Shown here piece by piece: positions 1-10,881 of a stretch of DNA of 53,548 nt (its first letter is position 1; every line of letters starts with the position of its first letter). Made by a program: the position numbers and the translations under genes. Under the pieces are notes generated by a model. The model was not told the origin of the DNA. It did no database searches and saw nothing but the letters and a program-made list of their open reading frames with translations. Source of the stretch: a virus (Duplodnaviria > Caudoviricetes); the IMG/VR virus record IMGVR_UViG_3300048586_000904, positions 1-53,548 of that record; one strand, written 5' to 3'.

Positions 1-1308
1 TTAGGGATCGATGAAGACCAGTTCGATGGGCATCCGCTCGTATTCCAGCCATTGCCCGGTCCAGGTTTGTTGATCTTGCTGTCGGAGATGGCATGTGGGG
101 CGATCGATTCGCGACAATGTGAGAACCAACTCGCCATCGACTTGATTGATGTGCCAGCATCGTTCGCATTCGGCCGCACCTTCACCGATCATTCGTTCGC
201 CATCGAATTGCAAGATTCGCTCGTCATAACCGACTCGCCTGTAGATTGCCTTCTTGCCTTGGATCGAATCGATGAGGGCTTGCTCGCTCGGGGTGGGCTG
301 TTCATTTCGCCATAGGACGCCTCTCCACACCGAAGCTAGCGATTGAACTAGATCGAAACAGAACTGCTCGTTGGCCAACGATTCGTTAAAGCGGTTACCT
401 CCGAAACGCCATTTATCCTGGCAACGATGCTGGAAGAGGATCTGGCCCCGGAAGTCGTATTGAACAATGGTGTGGAGATTCCATCCAGGGCCGGCGCTTG
501 GCATCGCGTATTCCGAATCCAATCGTCGCCACCCCAGATGGAAACACTCCTTGTCACCATAGACATGCTGGAACGTGAAGTCCGAGTGTTCGGCATAGAA
601 GAGCGATAATCGCAGTTCGCGATCGCATCGACGTTTATCGATGAGGTATTGTCCGGATTCGAACGCGCGTTCATGCTCGGCCACTCCCGGTTCTGCCATG
701 TCGGGCATTCCGAAGATACGCCACACGCCAGGCTTGAGAGTCCAGCACGCGTAGTCGGGCCAAAACACCGCGCCATGGCGTTTGTACTCTTCGCAGTCGA
801 ACATATAAGTAGGATCGCACACCACTCCATTATCAGCATCGAGAAAGAGAACTTGGGCGAATGGCGAGTGGAGCGTGGCGAACAGTTTCAATTCCCAGCC
901 GCATAGGATGCGACAGGGGTACTCCTTTTCGACTTCACGCGCGTCGACGCATTCGACTCCGAGCGGCTCCAGCAACCGCTTCATGTAAGGATCCATCTCA
1001 CCATCCCCCAAATACCATAGTTGGATCGGAAGATTGCACCCAAAATGTCTCAGCAGATGAACATTTACCCAGACGCTGGGAAAGTACTTGAGGCCTCCCC
1101 CTGCGATGACGATGCCCCGATCTTGAGAATAGGTGGTTCGACTAGGCTTGAGGTTGTCGATGAAGCGATCAACCAATCGGCGATGGGCTTCAATGGTATT
1201 GTCCCAAGTCCCCCAGGCGTTGGGCCAAGGTCCAGGGGGACACTTCGCAATGAGCTCCATCATCTCGTCTGGAGTCATCTCGGGATTGGCATCCATGCAA
1301 CTAGCCAT
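1..1308 (-). CDS. Glycosyltransferase, GT71/Mnn1-Mnn2-like alpha-mannosyltransferase family (GT-A fold), with a C-terminal extension
   Basis: Motifs RGIVIAGG, LPIQLWYLG, KLFATLHSPFAQVLFLDADN (DxD), FWPD, FESGQYLID and YGDKECF are typical of Mannosyl_trans3-type enzymes. Start overlaps the upstream stop by 1 nt. Confidence 0.75.
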   Translation of the reverse strand: MASCMDANPEMTPDEMMELIAKCPPGPWPNAWGTWDNTIEAHRRLVDRFIDNLKPSRTTYSQDRGIVIAGGGLKYFPSVWVNVHLLRHFGCNLPIQLWYLGDGEMDPYMKRLLEPLGVECVDAREVEKEYPCRILCGWELKLFATLHSPFAQVLFLDADNGVVCDPTYMFDCEEYKRHGAVFWPDYACWTLKPGVWRIFGMPDMAEPGVAEHERAFESGQYLIDKRRCDRELRLSLFYAEHSDFTFQHVYGDKECFHLGWRRLDSEYAMPSAGPGWNLHTIVQYDFRGQILFQHRCQDKWRFGGNRFNESLANEQFCFDLVQSLASVWRGVLWRNEQPTPSEQALIDSIQGKKAIYRRVGYDERILQFDGERMIGEGAAECERCWHINQVDGELVLTLSRIDRPTCHLRQQDQQTWTGQWLEYERMPIELVFIDP

Positions 1309-2219
1309 TATTCACCTATCTCCGGATCAGGACCTTCACTGCAACAATTGGGGATTGGATTGATTTCCAAGTAGCATTCGGCGGGAATTCCCAGGTCGGC
1401 TGCGAGCTGCTTTGGGTCTGCCCCCTGGTACCACTTCAACCAACTAAAGAAGGGATTCGGAAAGTAACAGTCCGTTGGTGGTTCTTCCGAGCACGTAGCC
1501 CAGAACGAATACTCACCGTAGATTGCGGAGCATCCGTTCAGTTCGTTGACTGCGCCAACTTGAGTTACTTCTGTTGATTCGCCGATAGAGCAAAGCCCAC
1601 CCGATGGTCCATTGAAGAACACGCCTATCCACAGATTGGGACAGAATCCCGATGAGCCCGAGCCCGACGAACCGGATTGGCTTCCGGACAGACTGCCACT
1701 TGTTCCACTACCGCTGGGGCCACTGCTGCCAGAGGGAGCGGAGCCAGACGGACCGCTGCTACCACTCGAACCGAGGCTTCCACTGCTACCGCTTGGACCC
1801 GAGGAACCGGATGAGCCGGAAAGACCGGATGATGCGAGAGATCCCAGGCTGCCAGAGGGACCGCTCGAGCCTGATGGGCCGCTAGAACCAATCGTTCCAC
1901 TGGAGCCTGATGGGCCACTCGAACCGGATGGCCCACTTGAGCCGGACGAACCACTCGAAGACTGTTCACAGCAAACAAGGGCGTAGATGGGCAAGTCTGC
2001 GAGTCCCGCATAGCGCATGAGGTAGCGCCCCATTTGCGGAAACTCGCAACTCGAAATTGCATACAGTGGGCCGCCATCGCTCATACCGAGAAAATGACCA
2101 AGCTGACGTTTGGGACTTTCACCGGATCGCTTTTGCGCACAGGTTGCGGCATAAACGGGAAGCCCATCGACTTCGCCTTGAACTGCAGTGGCGATGTAGC
2201 GGCGCGAAGAGAGTGTCAT
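1308..2219 (-). CDS. Ser/Gly-rich (GSS/GPS triplet) putative tail-associated protein
   Basis: About 105-aa G-S-S/G-P-S periodic tract flanked by Cys-rich segments. Lies at the distal end of the tail operon with overlapping start and stop codons. Confidence 0.7.
   Translation of the reverse strand: MTLSSRRYIATAVQGEVDGLPVYAATCAQKRSGESPKRQLGHFLGMSDGGPLYAISSCEFPQMGRYLMRYAGLADLPIYALVCCEQSSSGSSGSSGPSGSSGPSGSSGTIGSSGPSGSSGPSGSLGSLASSGLSGSSGSSGPSGSSGSLGSSGSSGPSGSAPSGSSGPSGSGTSGSLSGSQSGSSGSGSSGFCPNLWIGVFFNGPSGGLCSIGESTEVTQVGAVNELNGCSAIYGEYSFWATCSEEPPTDCYFPNPFFSWLKWYQGADPKQLAADLGIPAECYLEINPIPNCCSEGPDPEIGE
1650..1962 (-). repeat. Low-complexity Gly-Ser-Ser/Gly-Pro-Ser coding repeat
   Basis: Translation SSGSSGSSGPSGSSGPSGSSG...GSSGSGSSG; boundaries approximate. 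Confidence 0.85.
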
Positions 2220-2887
2220 CGATTGGCATCCAGCACTTTGCAGTTAAAGACCGTGTTCCAAGTTTTCGATACAACGTCGAATCGTTGAACCACGCCTGGG
2301 TAGTAGCCATTGACATCCGGAATGTTACTCGTGATGAATACGACCTCTTCGTTGTTCGCGTTATCAAAGCGAATTACCGCCCAGCGGATGGAACCGGTCG
2401 CTTCCATCCAAATGACCGCAGCGGGCCCGTGCGGAACATTTCGGAGAAAGCCATGTTCGCCAGCCACCGTTTCCACGCAGTCGTAGATTTGCATGCCGAC
2501 CGAAACGCGTGCGATAACGCAGCCGCTGATCGCTGCGGTCCCGATCATGTTGGCCCCGAGAGGCTCCAATAGCACACCGAATCGGGAACCTGTATTGGCG
2601 GTTGAAAGTATCCCTTGAAAGTTCGATTGGCGTTTGAACTCATTGAGATTGTCGTCTGGAGTCAGAATCGGATTCCCAAGAGCCACAATGGAGAATCGAT
2701 CCAAATCGACGCCGGTTTGGTTGCGAACTTTGGCAAGGGTAGTTTGTCGCGAGGTTCCTTCGGCATCGGACAGCTGATTGTGTCGCTGATTCCTTTGAAG
2801 TTGGGAAAGATCCATCAACGCATTCCAAGCCTCGGCTGGAATCCGCAATGGATCTCCTGGTTGTACTTTGCGAAATGGCTCCGCCAT
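2216..2887 (-). CDS. Putative tail/baseplate-associated protein
   Basis: 223-aa ORF in the tail operon, second gene after the tape measure; ATGA overlap with the next gene. Confidence 0.6.
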   Translation of the reverse strand: MAEPFRKVQPGDPLRIPAEAWNALMDLSQLQRNQRHNQLSDAEGTSRQTTLAKVRNQTGVDLDRFSIVALGNPILTPDDNLNEFKRQSNFQGILSTANTGSRFGVLLEPLGANMIGTAAISGCVIARVSVGMQIYDCVETVAGEHGFLRNVPHGPAAVIWMEATGSIRWAVIRFDNANNEEVVFITSNIPDVNGYYPGVVQRFDVVSKTWNTVFNCKVLDANR

Positions 2888-2890
2888 CGA

Positions 2891-3679
2891 TCAGACTCCA
2901 ATCCCGAGGGTACTGAAGTCACCGTATGGATAGACTTGCTCGACGTAGGCTGCGACGGGGCGTTTGATAAGGGCCTTGGCCGTAGGATCCTCATCGTCAA
3001 CGAATCGCACCCACAGGTATTGCCAGCCTTCCTTGCTCACGACGAGGCCGCCATCACCGATCGGTTGATTGACCACATTGGGGCTAGCAGCGAATTTGTA
3101 GGTGATAGCCCAGCGCTCGCGGCCGCGTTTGCTCCCTGTCGCACCAAGAAACAGCAGTTCCCCTTTTGCATATCCCTTGAAAGCCGCAGCATTGACTTTG
3201 CCTGTCAGAATAAAGAGGTTGTATTTGAATGCGGGAGTGACAGTCAGGGCATCAAGATACTTCGTCTCGGAGAAGTTGAAGACCGGAACGGTGATGTCGA
3301 CACCCTCGACTCGGTCTTCGGAAACTCCGATCGCTCCCTGGTAATTCGGTGCTACATAGCCAGGTGCCGACAATCGCTGCTGGGTCGCCAAGCTTGTCGA
3401 GATGCGCTGCGTTCCACCGGAAGTATCGAATTCGTAGTCGCTTGGAAACTCAATCAGTTGGTAGCGTGCCGTCGCATACCAGAGATCGCCACCTTGCGGT
3501 TCGGTATCGATCTGCACCAAACTCAAATCGAAATAGTTCTCGGGTGCATTGGCCTTCACAAGGCTACGCACTTCGGCTTCATCGTCGGTGCCGCGCACGA
3601 CGAAAATCAAATCGCAACGGTTGTCGTCCCCTTCACTGGAAGGGCGCGAGTCGTAACGTTCGGCAATCCAGGCGGTCAT
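2891..3679 (-). CDS. Putative distal tail/hub protein
   Basis: 262-aa beta-rich ORF directly after the tape measure gene; function assigned from position only. Confidence 0.6.
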   Translation of the reverse strand: MTAWIAERYDSRPSSEGDDNRCDLIFVVRGTDDEAEVRSLVKANAPENYFDLSLVQIDTEPQGGDLWYATARYQLIEFPSDYEFDTSGGTQRISTSLATQQRLSAPGYVAPNYQGAIGVSEDRVEGVDITVPVFNFSETKYLDALTVTPAFKYNLFILTGKVNAAAFKGYAKGELLFLGATGSKRGRERWAITYKFAASPNVVNQPIGDGGLVVSKEGWQYLWVRFVDDEDPTAKALIKRPVAAYVEQVYPYGDFSTLGIGV

Positions 3680-3723
3680 AGGTTTGCGTTGCTAGAGGTT
3701 CGAAACGAGAAGCCCAACAAGTG

Positions 3724-6048
3724 TTAGCTGTAGGACAAACGGGAGTCTTCAACGACTTGGATCAGTTTGCGCGTGTTGGCAGCGGTTTGTTCTGCGGCTT
3801 GGAGCTGGCGATCGGACAATCGGTCAGCGCCGAGCCCTCGGATAGCAAATGCATTGAAGGTGGACTTGGCTTCAGCGGTTTGTTGCTCCATGTTTACCGC
3901 TTGACCTGATCCCGAGAGAGCTTGTTTGAGCGCCGCCATGGTTGGATCCAGCTGAGATGTAGGACTCTCTTTCACATCTTCAGCGTTAAGGTCTTCGATC
4001 GCTTTTCGCCATTCCTGTTTCGCGAGGTCGAGCTCTTGAGCCGCCGCATCGATGGCTGATTGCCCCTGCTGTCGCTGAGATTCCGCATCGGACTGTTGAG
4101 CTTGCTCCAAGGCAGCGGATCGCCCTTGGCGTTCCGATTCGATTTGGGTGCGCCGGTTCTTCCTCTCCTGGTCGCGCTCGCCAATCGCATTGAGCATTTC
4201 TTTGTTTGCGTTCTCATTCAGCGATGTCGTTTCTTGATCGATGCGTTGCACTTCGGCGTTCACATCGATCTCGGAATCAAACATGCCCTTGAGACGCGTC
4301 CATGCTTTCTTGATAAAGCCGACGGTTGAATGCCACGTCTTGGTGAGCGTACCTGTGAATAGCGACCACGCGTCGGCGAGGAATCCAATGGTTTCGACCC
4401 AAGCCACTTCGATTCCGGCCCAGCCATCGCTAATCGCTTGAGCCATACCATAGGTTAAGCCTTCGGTGACGCTGAGCATGGAATCCTTGAATGCCACCCA
4501 GTACTCGGTGAGGACTCGAATGCCCCGCATCCATTCGAGTTTGAGGGTGAGCCAAAGGATCTTGGCTGCCGAGCTGAGATCCCCAGCGGTGAGTGCTTTT
4601 CCAATCGCCCCCATCGCGGTGGATACATCCGATCGGAGCGTGTCGAATTTGGTACCGAGCCACTGGATCGCTTGCCCACCGACGCCCGAAGCGTAGAGTA
4701 AGTAGGTGCCGAGTCCCATGACAGCCATCGATACAAGCCCGATCGGGGAGACCAATGCGGCAAAGAGAGTCCCCATGGCCGACAGGATCCCCGATACGAA
4801 TCCGAGGGTGGTCAAGAATCCACTGATGGCTGCACCTGCGGCCGAAAACATCACCCCTAAGCCAACCAGAACCGTCCCGATGGCGAGGACGGCGAATGTT
4901 ACCTTGGCTGCGGTCTTGATCGTTTGATGGTTCTTCTCAATCCAAGCGATCACACCGGTCAATGTTCCCGAAAGGGCGTTGCTCAAATACTGAAGAGAAC
5001 TGCTGAGCGATTCACCGATCGCGATGGCCACTCCCTCGATCGAGCTTTTGAGAATCCGAAACGCACCCCCGATTCCGGCTTCCATCTCTTTAGCGGTCTT
5101 GGAAGCGGTACCTCCAGCGCTCTTTAGTTCTTCATGCAATGCACGAGTGTTGGCAACCGATTTTCCAATGGCGCTTGCAGAGGTGATGCCAAGCATCCCA
5201 AATACGCGAGCGAACTTGGCTGCTCTTTCGCCGCTAGGAAGTTGGTTGGTCGCTTTGGCCACATCCCCGATGATATCAATCAAGCGGCGAGAGTTCCCTG
5301 CAGCATCCATGGTGGCGACGCCAAACTCCTGCTGGAAGCTTTGGGCTTCTGCAGCGCTCAGAGTCAACAGACGTCGAAGCGATGTACCTGCATCACTTCC
5401 CTGGATCCCCATATTCCCAAGGGTACCTAAAATGGAGAGGGTTTCTTCGAGGCTCATGTTGGCATCGGCTGCGATCGGGGCCGCATACTTTAGAGCTTCG
5501 CCGAGAGCTTCGACTGTATTGAATGTTTTGTTGGCAGCGACGGTGAGAGCATCGGCCACTCGTGTTGCGTCTTCGCCCTCCAATCCAAATTGCCTGATAC
5601 TGGCAGCCATGATCCCCGCCGCACGGGTCGCATCCATACTAGTGGCACGTGCTAGATCCATCACCGCACCGGTCATGGCGATGAGTTGGTCGGGATCGAA
5701 GCCGGCTCTACCTAACTCGGCCATCAGCTTGGCCACTTCAGATGCCGAATAGCTCGTAGTTGCACCAAGTTGTTTGGCTTTGTTTCTAAGCCGTTCGAAG
5801 TCCACTTCGGTGGCTTGCGTCACTGCGCGAACTTCCCGGATGGCATCGTCGAAGGAAGCGAACACGGCGATGCTTCCCGCGAGAGGTACTCCGGCCGCCG
5901 TGCCCATGCTCATCAGTCGCATTCCAAGCATTTGCGTTGCCTGACCGAAGATCTGCAATTGTTTTTGGGCCTGCTGCAATCCTTTGAGTAATTGTGCATT
6001 GCGAGTCGAGATCTCCACGTAGGCTGCGCCAGCTTTGACTTGGGACAT
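3724..6048 (-). CDS. Phage tail tape measure protein (TP901 family)
   Basis: Ala/Gly-rich helical sequence with the core motif LGATTSYSASEVA...LGRAGF...GSDAGTSLRR, hydrophobic segments and a coiled-coil C-terminus. Confidence 0.93.
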   Translation of the reverse strand: MSQVKAGAAYVEISTRNAQLLKGLQQAQKQLQIFGQATQMLGMRLMSMGTAAGVPLAGSIAVFASFDDAIREVRAVTQATEVDFERLRNKAKQLGATTSYSASEVAKLMAELGRAGFDPDQLIAMTGAVMDLARATSMDATRAAGIMAASIRQFGLEGEDATRVADALTVAANKTFNTVEALGEALKYAAPIAADANMSLEETLSILGTLGNMGIQGSDAGTSLRRLLTLSAAEAQSFQQEFGVATMDAAGNSRRLIDIIGDVAKATNQLPSGERAAKFARVFGMLGITSASAIGKSVANTRALHEELKSAGGTASKTAKEMEAGIGGAFRILKSSIEGVAIAIGESLSSSLQYLSNALSGTLTGVIAWIEKNHQTIKTAAKVTFAVLAIGTVLVGLGVMFSAAGAAISGFLTTLGFVSGILSAMGTLFAALVSPIGLVSMAVMGLGTYLLYASGVGGQAIQWLGTKFDTLRSDVSTAMGAIGKALTAGDLSSAAKILWLTLKLEWMRGIRVLTEYWVAFKDSMLSVTEGLTYGMAQAISDGWAGIEVAWVETIGFLADAWSLFTGTLTKTWHSTVGFIKKAWTRLKGMFDSEIDVNAEVQRIDQETTSLNENANKEMLNAIGERDQERKNRRTQIESERQGRSAALEQAQQSDAESQRQQGQSAIDAAAQELDLAKQEWRKAIEDLNAEDVKESPTSQLDPTMAALKQALSGSGQAVNMEQQTAEAKSTFNAFAIRGLGADRLSDRQLQAAEQTAANTRKLIQVVEDSRLSYS

Positions 6049-6051
6049 CGA

Positions 6052-6876
6052 TTAGACCTCCACGACTTGGCTAAGGCTTGCTGTCGGTGCGTCGGGAACC
6101 TGGATGCGAATCGTCACCATTCCGTCGGTAGGTCTTCGCACTTGCAAGTCGTATTGCTGATCGCGAAGCAAGAGGAGCGAAACCAATCCATCCAAGTCCG
6201 TCGCCCCGATGGTGAGCGTATTGATGTTGAGCGTTTCGGCGACGATGGCGTAGCCTTTAGGAAATCTTGCATGCACAGGAATCTGCGCGAGAGAATTCCC
6301 GAATTGATCCGCCACATGAATGGTGACGACACAGGTCTCCGGTGTAGGGAGGAGTGCTGATGGAACCTGTGTTAACTCGATTTCCTGCTCGAGGTCTTCA
6401 TTGGTCACAGAGATGTTGATCTCGGGAATATCTTCATAGCCCGTGGGTGGGATGAAGCGGGCGGTGTAGAGATTGGGAGTGAGCCAGACTCGAGCAATCC
6501 CGGTTGTGTCACTGAACAGGGTTCGTCCTGCGATACGCACGGCGACGCCCGAGACCGGAACATCGTTCGCGACAAACTGAAATTCAATCTTGCGAATATC
6601 GGGTCCCGATGTGAGCGAGGAATCGTTGCCAATCTCAAAGCTAAATCGCGGATACAATCGACCGAAAAACTCCACCTCGCTGTCGAGCAATACATCGCAG
6701 CGATACTCGTCTTCGAGCAATGCTTCCTCGATGGTGGCTTCAAATCGTCCCGATGCAACGGGGGATTCGGTGAATGGATTTCCGCCGACGTTGACCAGTA
6801 GTCCGGCCAGCGTCCAGATTTGGAGAGTAAGATTTTCACCTGAGTAATCAGGTCGATGAAGAGTGATCTTGATCAT
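6052..6876 (-). CDS. Acidic beta-sandwich (Ig/carboxypeptidase-regulatory-like) virion-associated protein
   Basis: Two segments of the pattern PVSGVAVRI...SDTTGIA and SLAQIPVHA...TDLDGLV; ATGA overlap with the collagen gene. Confidence 0.55.
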   Translation of the reverse strand: MIKITLHRPDYSGENLTLQIWTLAGLLVNVGGNPFTESPVASGRFEATIEEALLEDEYRCDVLLDSEVEFFGRLYPRFSFEIGNDSSLTSGPDIRKIEFQFVANDVPVSGVAVRIAGRTLFSDTTGIARVWLTPNLYTARFIPPTGYEDIPEINISVTNEDLEQEIELTQVPSALLPTPETCVVTIHVADQFGNSLAQIPVHARFPKGYAIVAETLNINTLTIGATDLDGLVSLLLLRDQQYDLQVRRPTDGMVTIRIQVPDAPTASLSQVVEV

Positions 6877-9800
6877 CCTGCTGGCCCCGCTCTTCCTGTT
6901 TCAATCAAACGGTTACCGTTGGAAATAAAGGTGAGCGTGAAGGTCTTTCCAGCCACCGCCCCAGTATTCACAACCCCTGCAACGAAAAATTGGGAGGGAT
7001 TGAAGCTAACGGTCCGAGAGTTTGTGCCCTGAGATTCAATAATCAGGAAGCAAATCGTCCCGGCTGCCGGTACCGATGACGTCAAAGTCAAGGGTGCAGA
7101 TACGGGAAGCTGCACAACGGTAAAGGAAGCGAAGGGCATGGAGGTGCTGTTCGCGGTAAGTAAGCTGTAGCTGCCAGCAATGTGACCGGTGGTCTTTATT
7201 CCGGTGCTGTCGATTTTGAATCGTTCTGTGCCTTGGGTGAAGAATTGATGAAGTCCATTGACTCCCTGGGCGTCATAATAGGTTTGGCCCAGCATCAAAC
7301 CGTCACAAGATAGAACTAAACTGGTCGTGCCGCCTTTCATAAGGACGATGGCAGGGCGCGAGGCAGTGCTGGGTACGGTTTGATCGATGACCAATGTTGC
7401 GTTGTCTGAACTGTTGTTGTCCAATCTTGCAGCCGCAGCAGCGTTGGAACTCCGAACATGAAACCTCGCTAACGGCACTTCGGCGCCAACAGCGACGTTC
7501 CCGTTACCCGTGACTCGGAGTCTCTCGACGAAAATTCCATCACCAACGGCGTCGTTCAAGAGGATTGTGTTTCCTGCCCACGTTTGGATTCGAAATCCCT
7601 TGTTGGAATCGTCAGAGTCGCGAAGCGTAATGAAGGGCTGGAATCCCGTAACTCGCAGCCCGTCCTGACCGACCACATCGACCCGTGAGATCGGAATGGT
7701 CATGTTCACGCCAAAGTTGCCATCAGCCGTCATGACGAATTTGTCGGAATACGTTCCAGCGCCGGTGGTGTCCATGCTGTACGCTAGCGAGCTTCCGACC
7801 GCCTTCATCCGCACACCGGCCAAAAAAGCACTGTTATCGCGAAACGTCATGTACGGTTCAACACCGGTGATCCGCATACCATCCTGCCCCACGATATCCA
7901 ATTTGGATATGGGAGCGCTGGTGTTGATACCAACGCAGATGGTTATTGGATTGAAGACGAATCCGCTTGTTCCGCCAAAGTCCCCATCGTCGTTGAATTG
8001 AATATGAGTATTCGATCCACCCGGAGTACCACCGCCGACTCCGGGATCGCCTTGGTCACCTTTATCACCCTTGGGGCCAGGCGTCCCTTGGCGACCAATC
8101 GTGCCGACAATGAGGCTACCTAGCGAAGCCGCGATCACATCCGTCGAATTGACAGACGTTACACGCAAAGAAAGCACATCGTCTGGTGCAAGTTCGACGA
8201 GTGCCTCGGTTGATAGCTCGACAAGGTTCACAGCCGATGTTGTCGGTGATTCCTTCTCGGATGCGTTGATCGGGTTGCTGTTCTTATAGAAGATCACCCG
8301 AAGGATTCTGTTGGTGCCTTGCGTCAATACGATCGACGCATGCGCCTGCACTAGCAACGTATCGGTGCTCGTGTTCTTGACGGAAAGTCCCGACGTGCCT
8401 GCCGAGAAACCATTGGCTCCCGTTAAAAGATTGGGGGTACCTGATAGCGCGACATAATCACCGAAGCTAGGTGGAGCTCCTGCGCCGCTGGAGAGAGTCA
8501 CTTGGCCGAAGTAAGCGATGCCATCGCCATCAGCTCCGGCTGGTCCGGGGATACCTTGTGGACCTTGCGGTCCTTGAATGCCCTGGATGCCTTGCGGGCC
8601 TGTATCGCCGGTATCTCCCTTGGGACCGATTGGCCCTGGTTCGCCCTGGGGGCCTTGTGGACCGGTCGCGCCCGCAGGGCCAGCGGGGCCTGTTTCTCCC
8701 TGGATACCCTGAATGCCTTGCGGACCTGTTGCACCGGTCGGACCAGCAGGACCAATTTCGCCTTGGATGCCCTGCAATCCTTGTGGTCCCTGAGGACCAG
8801 TTGCTCCGGTCGGCCCTGTTGGGCCAGGCTCGCCTTGGATCCCTTGAAGGCCTTGCGGTCCGGTTTCACCTTGCGGGCCGGCTTCGCCTTGAGGTCCAAT
8901 CTCTCCCTGCAAACCTGGTTCACCCTGTGCTCCCGCGGGACCGATTGGTCCGGGATCTCCCTGGGGACCGATAGGACCAATAGGGCCCATGGGACCAATG
9001 TCACCGGTATCCCCTTTATCCCCTTTTGGACCTGGTGCTCCGGGCTCGCCTTGTTCACCCTGCGGACCGGCAGGCCCGGTCTCGCCTTGGATCCCCTGTG
9101 GGCCTGGTTCTCCTTGAGGGCCAACCTCTCCCTGCACACCTGGTTCGCCTTGAGGGCCGATGGGGCCAATAGGTCCTATGGGACCAATGTCACCTGCATC
9201 GCCTTTATCACCTTTGGGACCTGTCGGTCCGGGCTCGCCTTGGATGCCTTGAGGTCCTGGTTCTCCGGTATCTCCTTTATCTCCCTTCGGACCAGGTTCT
9301 CCTTGGATGCCTTGAGGACCAGGTTCTCCCTGACTACCCGTTGCACCGGTGTCCCCTTGGTCTCCTTTCGGTCCAGGCGGACCTTGGATGCCCTGTTCAC
9401 CTTGAACGCCCTGAATACCCTGTGGACCAATATCCCCGGTGTCACCTTTGTCCCCTTTGGGACCACGAATGGGACCGACGTTGTCCCACGTGGCTCCATT
9501 GAAGACGTAGCCATCGCCATCGGCTACGACGACATACAAATCCCCCGTGATTGGGTTAACGATGTCGCTCAAATCGGCAACTGTTGCAACGCTACCTTTG
9601 AGCGTCACGCTGGTACCGGGATCGCCCTTTGGACCTTGCTCACCGGTCGCACCGGGAATGCCTTGTGGCCCCTGAGGACCAATGGGACCGATCACTCCGG
9701 GATCACCTTTATCACCCTTGGGTCCAGGTTCGCCTTGGATTCCTTGTGGACCTGCTGGCCCTGCTTCACCCTGTATGCCTGGTTCACCGGGTGAGCCCGG

Positions 9801-10157
9801 CTCACCTTGAGGTCCCTGCGGCCCAACATCGCCTGCGTCACCTTTGGGGCCGACTGGTCCAGGCTCTCCTTGAATCCCCTGAACACCCTGTGGACCGGGT
9901 TCGCCCTGTGGGCCTGGTGGTCCTTCAACGGATAACTCCCATTCACGATCTTCGCTCAGATCAAAAGCGACGCCGTTGATGCTGAGCTCGCGAGACTTCG
10001 GAACATAGTTCTCCAAATCCGGAGGTAGAGGATTGATCTCCGCAGCGCTGAGTTGACCGTTTGGATCAATCCACAGGGGCATCGGTTCGTTCGGAAACTC
10101 CGCGAGTCCCCGCATCGCCTTGCCACCTCGAATTTTTTGCGCGTTGGTCGAGCTCAT
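6873..10157 (-). CDS. Collagen triple-helix repeat fibre protein
   Basis: Two long G-X-Y blocks ([14 protein letters not shown]...) and a short third block, a globular spacer, and three VG(I/V)N/G..P.S(K/R)L(D/H)V-type fibre repeats near the C-terminus. Confidence 0.9.
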   Translation of the reverse strand: MSSTNAQKIRGGKAMRGLAEFPNEPMPLWIDPNGQLSAAEINPLPPDLENYVPKSRELSINGVAFDLSEDREWELSVEGPPGPQGEPGPQGVQGIQGEPGPVGPKGDAGDVGPQGPQGEPGSPGEPGIQGEAGPAGPQGIQGEPGPKGDKGDPGVIGPIGPQGPQGIPGATGEQGPKGDPGTSVTLKGSVATVADLSDIVNPITGDLYVVVADGDGYVFNGATWDNVGPIRGPKGDKGDTGDIGPQGIQGVQGEQGIQGPPGPKGDQGDTGATGSQGEPGPQGIQGEPGPKGDKGDTGEPGPQGIQGEPGPTGPKGDKGDAGDIGPIGPIGPIGPQGEPGVQGEVGPQGEPGPQGIQGETGPAGPQGEQGEPGAPGPKGDKGDTGDIGPMGPIGPIGPQGDPGPIGPAGAQGEPGLQGEIGPQGEAGPQGETGPQGLQGIQGEPGPTGPTGATGPQGPQGLQGIQGEIGPAGPTGATGPQGIQGIQGETGPAGPAGATGPQGPQGEPGPIGPKGDTGDTGPQGIQGIQGPQGPQGIPGPAGADGDGIAYFGQVTLSSGAGAPPSFGDYVALSGTPNLLTGANGFSAGTSGLSVKNTSTDTLLVQAHASIVLTQGTNRILRVIFYKNSNPINASEKESPTTSAVNLVELSTEALVELAPDDVLSLRVTSVNSTDVIAASLGSLIVGTIGRQGTPGPKGDKGDQGDPGVGGGTPGGSNTHIQFNDDGDFGGTSGFVFNPITICVGINTSAPISKLDIVGQDGMRITGVEPYMTFRDNSAFLAGVRMKAVGSSLAYSMDTTGAGTYSDKFVMTADGNFGVNMTIPISRVDVVGQDGLRVTGFQPFITLRDSDDSNKGFRIQTWAGNTILLNDAVGDGIFVERLRVTGNGNVAVGAEVPLARFHVRSSNAAAAARLDNNSSDNATLVIDQTVPSTASRPAIVLMKGGTTSLVLSCDGLMLGQTYYDAQGVNGLHQFFTQGTERFKIDSTGIKTTGHIAGSYSLLTANSTSMPFASFTVVQLPVSAPLTLTSSVPAAGTICFLIIESQGTNSRTVSFNPSQFFVAGVVNTGAVAGKTFTLTFISNGNRLIETGRAGPAG

Positions 10158-10405
10158 GACTGCAATGGAACGTTGAGGATCTTGGCCAATTGAGAAACGG
10201 AACAGGCAATAGGCTTGGGGCGAACTGAAACCATCGGATTGAATTCCTCGGCTCGAAATGGTCTCCGACGTTTCTTTCGGTCGCGATTGATCTCGGCTAG
10301 GAGTGCCATCACATGACTTGCCAAGCTCCAGTCATGTTCTCGTTTGCCCCGAGCCATCCACACAAGCTCTCGCAACGTGAATGGCATGGGGTCGATCCCC
10401 ATCAC
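10154..10405 (-). CDS. Tail assembly chaperone, second (T-like) ORF
   Basis: Follows the chaperone G-like gene in the -1 frame, and that frame stays open upstream (…[15 protein letters not shown]…). Confidence 0.6.
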   Translation of the reverse strand: MMGIDPMPFTLRELVWMARGKREHDWSLASHVMALLAEINRDRKKRRRPFRAEEFNPMVSVRPKPIACSVSQLAKILNVPLQS

Positions 10406-10878
10406 TCCGGCAATGCGGAAGATGAGTTGTTCGGTATCGCCAGCTGTAGATCTTGTTCGAGTCGCGCGAGGATCTGAGACTCGATGTTCGTGCTCTCCAG
10501 CTTTGTCTCGATCATCTGGAACGCCTTTGTCTGTACCTGGTGAAACTTCGCCGCCGCTTTCTGAAGCAGGCGGCGTCGTGGCTCCGGGAAGAAATCCACC
10601 AATGCTTCGATGAGGGCTTTGGTTGCCTCCGAGATGGCTTCACCCGCCAATCCCGTTCCGAAATCCTCATCGGATACCCCTTCCCGATCCGCTTGCGGTT
10701 TGCAAACGGAGTAGAGAACATCACAGAGAAGAATCGGATCGGAACTGAGTCTCTCGACGAGCTCCCCCTCAACAACCTCCAAGAGATTGATCCCCGCGAG
10801 TGTTTTCACACGTTTGATGGTGGCGACATGGACTTCTACCACCCAGGGTCGACCTTTCGAATCAATGAACTTCTTCAT
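10402..10878 (-). CDS. Tail assembly chaperone (G-like)
   Basis: 158-aa ORF directly downstream of the tail tube gene. Confidence 0.65.
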   Translation of the reverse strand: MKKFIDSKGRPWVVEVHVATIKRVKTLAGINLLEVVEGELVERLSSDPILLCDVLYSVCKPQADREGVSDEDFGTGLAGEAISEATKALIEALVDFFPEPRRRLLQKAAAKFHQVQTKAFQMIETKLESTNIESQILARLEQDLQLAIPNNSSSALPE

Positions 10879-10881
10879 GGA

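Noticed and set aside
2615-3727. 370-codon + strand ORF over two tail genes
   Set aside because: In-register shadow of GC-rich genes, with no SD or coupling evidence and no recognisable protein.
8498-9794. Long alternative ORFs over the collagen gene (8502-9794 +, 8498-9169 -)
   Set aside because: Explained by the repetitive GGN-CCN codon pattern and confined within one gene.
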